A stretch of 64,000 bases of DNA from a virus. Lineage: Duplodnaviria > Heunggongvirae > Uroviricota > Caudoviricetes. Below are positions 49,098 through 57,545 of the stretch, in pieces (within the stretch, counting starts at the first letter, position 1; every line of letters begins with the position of its first letter). Below the pieces are notes generated by a model that had not been told where the DNA came from, ran no database searches, and worked only from the letters and a program-made list of their open reading frames with translations. A program made the translations under genes and the position numbers. The stretch is taken from IMG/VR virus record IMGVR_UViG_3300042381_000885, one strand, 5' to 3'.

Positions 49098-49867
49098 ACC
49101 TACAAGAAAATATACAAAGAATAAGAGAGATGATGATTGCCGAAGAAATGGTTCAATCGGACGCTTGGAAATCAATTAAAAAAACATTGGACATCCTCAA
49201 AGATAAGAAAAAAGTTTTATTCTTAAGTTGTTCCAATAGATATAATTGGGATGATAAAAACATAGACATTCCAAAATCAAAAATGATTGCAATGTATCTT
49301 AACGATGAATTAAAAGATAATTCAGTGTTGATTGATGTCTCTGAACTTAATATTGTTCCTTGTGAAGGAAATGTATCAAGGAAAGATGGAAATAGTTGTG
49401 GAGTGTTAAAGGCAATGCTCAAAGATAAGAAAAAAAATCCATCAGGAGACCATAGATGTTGGGCGAGTATCAATAATCCAAAGGATGAACTATGGAAGAT
49501 AAGTAAAGAATTATTTGAATCTGATGCGGTTATATTCTTTAGTTCGGTAAGGTGGGGACAAACAAATATGTTTTATCAAAACTTAATTGAGAGATTAACT
49601 TGGATTGAGAATAGACATTATACATTAGGGGAATCAAATCTTGTTAAAGATATTGAGAGCGGATTTATCTGTGTTGGACAGAATTGGAATGGTGAGAATG
49701 TTACAGAAACACAAATGAAAGTTCATGAGTTCTATGGGTTCAAACCAAATGATGATTTATATTGGAATTGGCAATACACCAAAGATATAAATGATGAGAC
49801 TCAAAAATCATATAAGGATTCACACAAGAAGTTTATCAAAGATACAAAATTACCGGAATTTAAATAA
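49094..49867 (+). CDS. flavodoxin-fold NAD(P)H-dependent FMN reductase / Fe-S flavoprotein-like, with MNLQENI tag
   Basis: LFLSCS, IDVSELNIVPCEG...CG...RCW, ESDAVIFFSSVRWG...LIERL. Confidence 0.7.
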   Translation: MNLQENIQRIREMMIAEEMVQSDAWKSIKKTLDILKDKKKVLFLSCSNRYNWDDKNIDIPKSKMIAMYLNDELKDNSVLIDVSELNIVPCEGNVSRKDGNSCGVLKAMLKDKKKNPSGDHRCWASINNPKDELWKISKELFESDAVIFFSSVRWGQTNMFYQNLIERLTWIENRHYTLGESNLVKDIESGFICVGQNWNGENVTETQMKVHEFYGFKPNDDLYWNWQYTKDINDETQKSYKDSHKKFIKDTKLPEFK

Positions 49868-49921
49868 TATGAACTTACAAGAAAACATAGATAGAATACA
49901 TCAGATGATGAGCGGGGGTTT

Positions 49922-50281
49922 TTAATTATTAAAATAATTATTATTTAGAAATGAATAATCCTCAACCTGAATGTCAAAGTGTTTATTAAACCAATTCATC
50001 ACCAATGTATTTGGTTTATCATCGAGTCCTTCACCCACGGTAGATTCACCAAACATATCTTCAAGTTTATTTTGAAATGAGACCAAGATTAATAAAACAT
50101 TAGTTACACCATATTTGTGAGTATTAGCTCTAACAACAAAAGTGGGTCCTTTATCATTAGAGTGTTCATAAACTTCAAAAGGATATAATTCATCACTTGA
50201 TTCCAAAACCCTCCAATCGATACTATCCAAGTATTTGGAAACCACATCTTTTAATCTGTTTTCTGTTATAATATACTTCAT
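49922..50281 (-). CDS. MKYIITE-tag small-domain protein
   Basis: Ends NWFNKHFDIQV. Confidence 0.7.
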   Translation of the reverse strand: MKYIITENRLKDVVSKYLDSIDWRVLESSDELYPFEVYEHSNDKGPTFVVRANTHKYGVTNVLLILVSFQNKLEDMFGESTVGEGLDDKPNTLVMNWFNKHFDIQVEDYSFLNNNYFNN

Positions 50282-50587
50282 TTACTTAACCTTTTTTACC
50301 TCGACACCGAATTTATATTCAAACCATCCTTTAACCAAGTGATTAATTTCTTTATCGGTTTTATTGGATATGTCCATAAGACTCTTTCTAAATGTATTAT
50401 CAAACCATAATCTACCATCTTCTCCGTCATACTCCATTTCAATTTCAGCGCTTTCACCATCGTAATCAATCAATTCTTCAATGATAATGAATTGGTCACA
50501 ACCATATGTGTTTTTTGTAGATAACCAATTTTCCAAATAATTGACCATAAATTCATTTAATCTATTTTCTGTGATAATATACTTCAT
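50282..50587 (-). CDS. MKYIITE-tag small-domain protein
   Basis: Ends GWFEYKFGVEV. Confidence 0.7.
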   Translation of the reverse strand: MKYIITENRLNEFMVNYLENWLSTKNTYGCDQFIIIEELIDYDGESAEIEMEYDGEDGRLWFDNTFRKSLMDISNKTDKEINHLVKGWFEYKFGVEVKKVK

Positions 50588-50629
50588 AGTTTATAAATAG
50601 TCCATGAGGGAAAAAAAGGGGTTGGGGGT

Positions 50630-51301
50630 TTAACTACTCGGACTTAATGAGGAATTATTTAAGACTGACCCTACTGTATGAGCATACGCTCCATCTCCTG
50701 ATTCTATTGTTATTACCTCACCATTTAGGACTGACTCCACCAAGCGGGTGTTCGGCATGGAACTAAAATAAGTTGTTACCCCACCATTTAGGACTGACTC
50801 CACCGCTTGATTTTGCATCCAAACTTCTCCTACGGTTGTTGTTACCCCACCATTTAGGACTGACTCCACCCATGACAATAGTTCATGACACATAAGGGAT
50901 GTTGTTGTTACCCCACCATTTAGGACTGACTCCACCCGTTTGATACAACCATTTTCGTTCCTCCATGTTGTTGTTACCCCACCATTTAGGACTGACTCCA
51001 CCCCAACCCTTTTTTGCAAATTCAATAACGGTGTTGTTGTTACCCCACCATTTAGGACTGACTCCACCCATTCGGTGATAAGTGGTTCATATTCATCTCT
51101 TTCCATACAAAATAATTGGAAAAAATTGGAAAAAAATCCCCATCTCCAATATAATCTGCCGGACTTTTGAAATTCCAAATACCAATATTTGTTTTCTCTA
51201 TCTATGAACCAAAAGGAATCTTCATATGAAATCAATTCCACATGAGATAGGTCATCGGTTAATTTATTAAAAATAAATTGTTTTAGTTTATCTGTAATCA
51301 T
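50630..51301 (-). CDS. MITDK-family protein with translated repeat-spacer tail (locus A)
   Basis: About 78-aa conserved domain, then VESVLNGGVTTT plus about 10 variable aa, six times. Confidence 0.8.
   Translation of the reverse strand: MITDKLKQFIFNKLTDDLSHVELISYEDSFWFIDRENKYWYLEFQKSGRLYWRWGFFSNFFQLFCMERDEYEPLITEWVESVLNGGVTTTPLLNLQKRVGVESVLNGGVTTTWRNENGCIKRVESVLNGGVTTTSLMCHELLSWVESVLNGGVTTTVGEVWMQNQAVESVLNGGVTTYFSSMPNTRLVESVLNGEVITIESGDGAYAHTVGSVLNNSSLSPSS
50706..51068. CRISPR. CRISPR-like array inside an ORF, no cas genes: 36-nt repeat GTTGTTGTTACCCCACCATTTAGGACTGACTCCACC
   Basis: Repeats at 50706, 50769, 50835, 50901, 50967 and 51033; spacers 27, 30, 30, 30, 30 nt and mutually unrelated. 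Geometry is certain; CRISPR function is unproven. Confidence 0.65.
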
Positions 51302-51759
51302 ATTGTTGTTCCATTATTTAATATTTCCTCCACACATTTGAGACCACGTATATGATTACTAATGGTTGCCGTGACACCTTTCTTTAATATATAACTCACC
51401 AAAAATCCGTCTTTATTTGCTCTATACGATGTTTTCACTCCGCCATTTAGGACTTCTTCGATACCTACATGATTACCAATATTGATTTCAGTTGTTATTA
51501 ACTCATGGTTTAATACTTTCTCTACCCATTCTAATATGATTGGCTCGAATTGGTTTCTCTCCATCGTGAATAATTCAAAAAATTCAATAAAGAATTGCCA
51601 TCTCCAATATAGTTCGCCTGAAGATTTAAATTCCAAATACCAATATTTTTTCTCTCGGTTAATAAACCAAAAGGAATCACGGTATGATATTATCTCAACA
51701 TGGGATAAATCTTCACTCAATTTATCAAAAATTGTTCTTTTAAATTTATCTGTAATCAT
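51298..51759 (-). CDS. MITDK-family protein with degenerate repeat tail (locus E)
   Basis: VEKVLNHELITT / IEEVLNGGVKTS / VSYILKKGVTAT / VEEILNNG at 21-22 aa period. Confidence 0.75.
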   Translation of the reverse strand: MITDKFKRTIFDKLSEDLSHVEIISYRDSFWFINREKKYWYLEFKSSGELYWRWQFFIEFFELFTMERNQFEPIILEWVEKVLNHELITTEINIGNHVGIEEVLNGGVKTSYRANKDGFLVSYILKKGVTATISNHIRGLKCVEEILNNGTTI

Positions 51760-51824
51760 CTGTATCTAAATTTTCATTCGGTTTATAAGGGGTGGGGATA
51801 TAACTCCTCGGGATAAATAAGAGA

Positions 51825-52349
51825 TTATAATCCATTTAATACTGACTCCACCTTTATTGCAACGGATAACTTAGATGGTACTGTTGTTGTCACCCCACAA
51901 TTTAATGCTGACTCTACCAATAGTTTTTGGTGGAATTTCATCAACAACGTTGTTGTCACCCCACAATTTAATGCTGACTCTACCCATTTCAGTTTTTTGA
52001 TGGTGCCTATTTGAGTTGTTGTGACCCCGCAATTTAATGCTGACTCTACCGTCCATCCGGCGATTGAATCCTTGTTTACTGTTGTTGTAACCCCGCAATT
52101 TAATGCTGACTCTACCCATTCTTTTATAAGTGGTTCATATTCATTTCGTTCCATTGTGAATGGAGAGAAAAAATTAGTAAAGAATTGCCATCTCCAATAT
52201 AATTTACCTGATTTTTCTAATTCCAAATACCAATACTTCTTTTCTCGGTTAATAAACCAAAGGGAGTCATTGTAGAAAATCAATTCCACATGAGATAGGT
52301 CATCGGTTAATTTATCAAAAATTGTTCTTTTAAATTTATCTGTAATCAT
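51825..52349 (-). CDS. MITDK-family protein with translated repeat-spacer tail (locus B)
   Basis: VESALNCGVTTT plus 10 variable aa, four times. Confidence 0.8.
   Translation of the reverse strand: MITDKFKRTIFDKLTDDLSHVELIFYNDSLWFINREKKYWYLELEKSGKLYWRWQFFTNFFSPFTMERNEYEPLIKEWVESALNCGVTTTVNKDSIAGWTVESALNCGVTTTQIGTIKKLKWVESALNCGVTTTLLMKFHQKLLVESALNCGVTTTVPSKLSVAIKVESVLNGL
51832..52116. CRISPR. CRISPR-like array inside an ORF: 36-nt repeat GTTGTTGTNACCCCRCAATTTAATGCTGACTCTACC
   Basis: Repeats at 51883, 51949, 52015 and 52081 plus a partial copy ending at 51852; all spacers 30 nt. Confidence 0.65.
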
Positions 52350-52860
52350 CTGTGTCTAAATTTTCATTCGGTTTATAAGGGGTGGGAGCAACAAAAGACA
52401 TATCATAGTGAGCAAGTTTTTCCACCATATTATTTAACTCTTCTCTACTATACATCGGAGCAAACGATGGTCGAGAGTGAAAAGGAATATTATCTCTATT
52501 CTCCCATTCATCCAATCGTTTAGAAATGGTGGGGATAAAACCTTTAAGATATTCATAATCTTTCCACTTAGTATAGTCGGACTCGGAGACGATATACATA
52601 AGGTCACCATAGTTCTCAATCATAGAAAGGTCGGGGTTATTAGAATAGACATCAACAATACCATCCTCACCACCATACTTATGACAAAGTCGCTGAAGAG
52701 TATGAATGTTATGAATACAATTGTCTCTCCAATTGTGACCATATGAACGAACATTACAGATATACAAATAACCATCCTTGTAGTTATGTATTGTATTATC
52801 AATCTTGTCCTGTAATTCAATAAGTTCCCCAATACTATATTTTGATAAATCTATTTCCAT
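52336..52860 (-). CDS. hypothetical protein
   Basis: ATG at 52860 below a reverse TATCTTTG at 52865-52872. Confidence 0.65.
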   Translation of the reverse strand: MEIDLSKYSIGELIELQDKIDNTIHNYKDGYLYICNVRSYGHNWRDNCIHNIHTLQRLCHKYGGEDGIVDVYSNNPDLSMIENYGDLMYIVSESDYTKWKDYEYLKGFIPTISKRLDEWENRDNIPFHSRPSFAPMYSREELNNMVEKLAHYDMSFVAPTPYKPNENLDTDDYR

Positions 52861-52904
52861 GAGGCAAAGATATAAAGAATAATTTATAATACAAAGAAAT
52901 ACTA

Positions 52905-53624
52905 TTAGATTAATTTCCATTCATTGTCCTTAGTAAGAACAAGAGCGGAGAAGTTCTCAACCCAATCACCGGAGTTATAATATTTGATTCCGTTTATTTC
53001 TTTAATGCCCGGGATATGAATATGACCACAGATGACACCATCACAATTAAGAGTACTTGCATAATCACAGGCATTAATCTCAAAGTCATTTATAAATGAC
53101 AGAGCTTTCTTAAAGTTTTCTTTAATTACTTTAGAGATACTATAGTATGGTTTTCCGGTGAGTTCTCTATACTTGTTGTACCAAGTATTAAGACGAAGAG
53201 CGAAGTCATATCCAATGGAACCAATCTGTGTAAGAAATTTATATTTGGTTGTGATATCAATTTTATCACCGTGAAAGACAAGATACTTTTTATCTTCAAC
53301 ACTATAGATATATTCATCCATAAACTTAATGTTCCCAAGTCCGGAAGAATATAGGTCTTTTACATCATTATCGTGGTTCCCTCTAATATAGATAATCTCG
53401 GTATTGCGGGACATATCCAATAGTTTAATGATTACCTTCATATGTTTATTCTTCCATTTACTCCCACGATTAATGGCATCAATATCAACAATATCTCCGT
53501 TAAGGATAAGAAGGTCAGTTTCAATAGACTCAAGGAACTCAAGAATCTTTTTAGGTTTACTATCGACCATACCTAAATGTAAGTCGGATAGTACAACGCA
53601 TTTATATCCAATAGTTGTGGTCAT
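52905..53624 (-). CDS. calcineurin-like metallophosphoesterase (LpxH/UDP-2,3-diacylglucosamine hydrolase-like)
   Basis: SDLHLG, NGDIVD, RGNHD, FHGD, GHIH, NSGDWV. Confidence 0.85.
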   Translation of the reverse strand: MTTTIGYKCVVLSDLHLGMVDSKPKKILEFLESIETDLLILNGDIVDIDAINRGSKWKNKHMKVIIKLLDMSRNTEIIYIRGNHDNDVKDLYSSGLGNIKFMDEYIYSVEDKKYLVFHGDKIDITTKYKFLTQIGSIGYDFALRLNTWYNKYRELTGKPYYSISKVIKENFKKALSFINDFEINACDYASTLNCDGVICGHIHIPGIKEINGIKYYNSGDWVENFSALVLTKDNEWKLI

Positions 53625-54306
53625 CTTTAAAGAAGTCGGGGTTATGTTTATTTTTATTAGAGAGATACGCCATTTTAATCATATACCATAATCCTTTCTT
53701 TTTAAATCGTCTATCGGTTGTATATACTTTCTCATTAGACACGCCAAACCGGAGGGGATTAACTTTCATACTAAGATGAAAATCTTCAGCAAACTTATCA
53801 TCATTATTAAAACCACCAAGAAGATTAAATTCAGACATTTTAAATAACATAAATCCACCAATAGCGCAAGGGGATGTCTTAATTGTTAAATCCCTAAAGA
53901 ACTCAAACACCGGGAAGACAAATGAATAAACTCCTTCAACTCTAAACTTAGTGGTAAGAAGATATAGGTCTTTACTTTTAATGGTGTTAAATGTGTTAGA
54001 TATTATGAATGGGGACATTAAAAAGATATCAGCATCCAAGAATAAAACATAAGGAGTTTTAACTAATTCAGCTCCGTTATTCCTTGCAACACTCGGTAGT
54101 CCACCATCAATGATTTCAATCCTTAATCTTGGGTATTTACCTGATAGTATAATGTCCCGGGTATTATCATCAGAACAATCAGCAATAATCACACGAGTTT
54201 TATAAATACCAAATTGTTTATTAATTAATGTAAGTGTTTTGTCTATAATCTCACTCTCATTCTTAGAGGGGATTACAATAGTTAATTTGTTTTTTATCAT
54301 ATCCAT
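53602..54306 (-). CDS. glycosyltransferase family 2
   Basis: IVIPSKNE, IIAD.S.D.T, ARNNGA, LFLDAD, ED. Confidence 0.88.
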   Translation of the reverse strand: MDMIKNKLTIVIPSKNESEIIDKTLTLINKQFGIYKTRVIIADCSDDNTRDIILSGKYPRLRIEIIDGGLPSVARNNGAELVKTPYVLFLDADIFLMSPFIISNTFNTIKSKDLYLLTTKFRVEGVYSFVFPVFEFFRDLTIKTSPCAIGGFMLFKMSEFNLLGGFNNDDKFAEDFHLSMKVNPLRFGVSNEKVYTTDRRFKKKGLWYMIKMAYLSNKNKHNPDFFKDDHNYWI

Positions 54307-54390
54307 AAATACAAAGAAATCATTAAGAGTAAATTTATGCTCAAAGTACCATTAAAAGGTACTAATGGCAAAGATTTACTCACTTAATAA

Positions 54391-54939
54391 TCATATTTCA
54401 CCGTTAGCGGGGTAGTTTAATTTGTAATGGTTTTCTACCAAAGGTAAATCAACGATAAAACAACCGAAGGTTGTTGTTGACTTTAATTTGTGAAGTTCCT
54501 CCGGTGTAACATTTCCATAACGGTCATGTCTTGTTGTTGTTACGTTTAATCTGTGATGTTCCTCCACCTTGTCCCAGTGAACAAAGCAATTCGGCACGAT
54601 TGTTGTTACGTTTAATCTGTGATGTTCCTCCACCAAGTCAATCAATTCTCCTCTTTCTTCGACCGTTGTTGTTACCTTAAATCTGTGATGCCCCTCCACC
54701 CATATTTTTGTTAGGTCTTGTACTTCCTGATAATTTAATCCAAAAAAGGTTTCTAATAATGACCAAATTTTAGAATAAGAGATATAAACAACCCCATTTA
54801 TTTTACTGTAATAATTAAGAACTTTCCCGTCTTTCATAAAGAATATATGCTCTTTCCAATCATCCGTTTCATAATCAACAATCCCGGAATATTCTTTATT
54901 TAGGTAGTTAATGATTCTATGCTTTAGTTTATCTGTCAT
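54391..54939 (-). CDS. small-domain protein with translated repeat-spacer tail (locus D)
   Basis: VEEHHRLNVTTT-type repeats plus 9-10 variable aa. Confidence 0.8.
   Translation of the reverse strand: MTDKLKHRIINYLNKEYSGIVDYETDDWKEHIFFMKDGKVLNYYSKINGVVYISYSKIWSLLETFFGLNYQEVQDLTKIWVEGHHRFKVTTTVEERGELIDLVEEHHRLNVTTIVPNCFVHWDKVEEHHRLNVTTTRHDRYGNVTPEELHKLKSTTTFGCFIVDLPLVENHYKLNYPANGEI
54415..54700. CRISPR. CRISPR-like array inside an ORF: 36-nt repeat GTTGTTGTTACGTTTAATCTGTGATGTTCCTCCACC
   Basis: Repeats at 54533, 54599 and 54665, degenerate copy at 54470, partial copy ending at 54439. Confidence 0.6.
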
Positions 54940-54951
54940 AAGTGGGTGAGA

Positions 54952-55254
54952 TTAAATAATGGATTCAATCTCAAGATGATATGTTTTAATCAAATATCGT
55001 TTCATGGAATGATTAAATTCCGAAAGAGTAACATTAAAGTAACTAAAATGATTATCAAACACTTCACCATCATAATACCAATCATATCTATCATTATCAG
55101 TATGGCCAATGACTATATCTTTATTACCATTACCGTAATCCATCATAAGACCACTCCAAGGAATATCGCCTAATATCTTACTACCGATATATGTATCATT
55201 AAACTTACTATCCCAATAAGGTTTCATCATTTTATCAATAGAGACGTCATCCAT
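54952..55254 (-). CDS. small-domain family protein
   Basis: ATG at 55254 below a reverse TATCTTTG at 55272-55279. Confidence 0.6.
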   Translation of the reverse strand: MDDVSIDKMMKPYWDSKFNDTYIGSKILGDIPWSGLMMDYGNGNKDIVIGHTDNDRYDWYYDGEVFDNHFSYFNVTLSEFNHSMKRYLIKTYHLEIESII

Positions 55255-55516
55255 AGTATTATATTTGTCGGCAAAGATATAAAAAAGAAATGAATAAACA
55301 AAAAAAGGGGTAGGGGATTGACGCCCCGGACCATATGATAGATTATAATAAGTGTTCTTCATAATATTACCAAAATGTGTAATATATGATAAAAGACATA
55401 TATTCCTCATTATATGATAAAAACCATATAAGTCCTGAGACTTATAAACCCACAATATAAGTCCGGAACCTTATTATCGACGAGGAGGTTTTCTATTGAC
55501 CATATATTTATCAATA

Positions 55517-56872
55517 ATGATAAGATTAGCAGAACAATCCAATGAGCCATCACTAAGAGTAATTTCCAAATTATTCAAGTTGTTAGATGTGGAGAAGAAA
55601 AAGAATAGAACAAGAGCATCTTTATTAGAAGCCATCAAGAATTTTGCGCCATATATGGGAATACCTAAAGGATTCGAGCAATATATTTTGGAGTTGTATG
55701 TATTAAACTTTAGAAAAGATGGGGACTACTCAAACTTAACGAAGGAAAACTTTGTTGACCCAAGAAAACAAAGTGGGAAGGTTATATCAAATCCAAAGGC
55801 GAAACTATACACAATAGCTCAATTACCATTCAGAGGTTCAAATTTAGAGGGATATTGGTCCGAAGACCCAAAAGGAACTCCATACTATAAAGTTGTATCA
55901 TACGGGTGGTACCCTATTTACATATTCAAAGATGATAAATGGTATGAGGTAACAAAAAATTATTCTTCATCCACAAGTAGACAAATAAGTAATGCCAATC
56001 CTGTGGGATGGGGTGATGATACATTCGATAGTGTATATACATTAACTCCTGATGAGATGAAACTATTGGAGCGGGGATATAGTCATGATGATATAATGAA
56101 GAATAAGGTAAAGAAATTAAAAACAATCGAACCTGATTTAACAAAGAGAAAGAAGACAGCCAAGACATACAATTATTGGAATCAAGACCCGGAACAAATG
56201 GTTCCAAACACAAACATAAAGTTCAAAGTAAGGAATATAGAGGTGGGTGATGATAACGCCATTGTTAATATAGATGTGTATGATGTATTTAAAAGAGAAA
56301 ACAACACACAGGTATATACACCACAGAACTACTTAAAGGGGGAAATCCCTAATCTTAATCCAACCAAGGTGGAAGACGCAATCAAAATCAAAATGAGGGG
56401 TGAATTAAAAGATTATATCGGTAAGAGATTTAGATGGACACCACAAGACCCAAAAGGGGCGAAGATAGAGTTTAAATTCAATCATTTAAAACAACCGGGT
56501 TTACAAGAGAATATACATAGAATCCAATCGATGATGGGGGTTATTAACGAAAGTAAATTAAATAACATTGCCAAGAAATGGTTAAACGATAAGTATGGTG
56601 ATTTAATACCATTTGAAACTAAAAAACATCGCAATTTTATTTATTATAGAAAAGGTGATGAAGTAGTTTTTGACTACAATAAAAAAAATGGGGAGGTTTA
56701 TGTTAGTTATGATGAGATTTGGTCATATTTACAATCAATGTTTGGTATGGAATGGAAACAAATTCGGGACCTAACAAAGGAATGGATAGAGGAACATTAT
56801 AATTTAAGGGTAACGGAAACAAACTATGGATTTTATACCGTTTTAATTAGGTGGAGGAACATTACAAATTAA
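55517..56872 (+). CDS. multi-module protein ending in an LQENIHRI tag plus a locus-D-type domain
   Basis: C-terminal ~100 aa align with 54939. Repeat-like unit at 56785-56820. Confidence 0.7.
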   Translation: MIRLAEQSNEPSLRVISKLFKLLDVEKKKNRTRASLLEAIKNFAPYMGIPKGFEQYILELYVLNFRKDGDYSNLTKENFVDPRKQSGKVISNPKAKLYTIAQLPFRGSNLEGYWSEDPKGTPYYKVVSYGWYPIYIFKDDKWYEVTKNYSSSTSRQISNANPVGWGDDTFDSVYTLTPDEMKLLERGYSHDDIMKNKVKKLKTIEPDLTKRKKTAKTYNYWNQDPEQMVPNTNIKFKVRNIEVGDDNAIVNIDVYDVFKRENNTQVYTPQNYLKGEIPNLNPTKVEDAIKIKMRGELKDYIGKRFRWTPQDPKGAKIEFKFNHLKQPGLQENIHRIQSMMGVINESKLNNIAKKWLNDKYGDLIPFETKKHRNFIYYRKGDEVVFDYNKKNGEVYVSYDEIWSYLQSMFGMEWKQIRDLTKEWIEEHYNLRVTETNYGFYTVLIRWRNITN

Positions 56873-56878
56873 GATAAT

Positions 56879-57442
56879 ATGAACTTACAAGAGAACATAC
56901 ATAGGATACACGAGATAATGGGCGGGGTTATTAACGAACAGTCCGAATTAAAAAAAGATGCGCTAAAATCCATGTTAAAACAATCAGGGATGGCGGTTAC
57001 ATCCAAACTAATGGGCGGGATTGATAATTTAATAAAGGTTCTTTATGATGGTGATATTATGGGGTTTAGTGAGGATACTCACACACCACTTGTTTATATG
57101 TCGACAGACAAAATGGCGTTATATATACATGACGCGTTGGTTGAAAAACTTGGACTAAACAATAATTCACGACCACTACATCGTGATGAAAAAGAATTAG
57201 GGGATTTTAGATTCGGGTCAAAAGACAATATGATTTACAAGTTTACAGCAAGATTATATCCGACAAACCTTCATGACCAAACATATTATAAAGTTGTGGG
57301 GTTAAGTGGTGATTCAGGATTCGGTTATGGATTTATTAGTAAAAAAAACATATTGGGTTTAAGAAACAGACAACAAATCTTCAAGCAGATTATAGACAAA
57401 TATAATTTGGAACCATACATGAAATTAAAAACATTCTATTAA
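56879..57442 (+). CDS. MNLQENI-tag protein
   Basis: N-terminal tag; terminator at 57449-57475. Confidence 0.7.
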   Translation: MNLQENIHRIHEIMGGVINEQSELKKDALKSMLKQSGMAVTSKLMGGIDNLIKVLYDGDIMGFSEDTHTPLVYMSTDKMALYIHDALVEKLGLNNNSRPLHRDEKELGDFRFGSKDNMIYKFTARLYPTNLHDQTYYKVVGLSGDSGFGYGFISKKNILGLRNRQQIFKQIIDKYNLEPYMKLKTFY

Positions 57443-57498
57443 TATAACAACCCTCACTTAACGGTGGGGGTTTTTAATTATAAAAAAGTTATTAATTG

Positions 57499-57529
57499 TT
57501 TGGTGGGGTGAAAAATAATTGTATCTTTG
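57499..57529 (+). promoter_or_regulatory. Bacteroidota promoter TTTG-N19-TATCTTTG
   Basis: Both elements at consensus spacing. Confidence 0.75.
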
Positions 57530-57545
57530 TAAAAAAAATAAGGTT

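Noticed and set aside
50883-52275. Alternative-frame ORFs over the arrays (50883-51071, 50940-51170, 51871-52119, 52021-52275)
   Set aside because: By-products of stop-free repeats; they close within a few spacers and lack the conserved domain. They do slightly weaken the open-frame argument for any single locus.
50660-54700. Diversity-generating retroelement as the source of variable spacers
   Set aside because: No reverse transcriptase seen, no TR/VR pair, and spacers share no fixed non-adenine positions when compared.
41518-56877. Canonical CRISPR-Cas locus
   Set aside because: No cas gene recognisable in the window, no AT-rich non-coding leader, no clear repeat hairpin or tracrRNA anti-repeat found, and arrays lie inside ORFs. 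Kept only as CRISPR-like.
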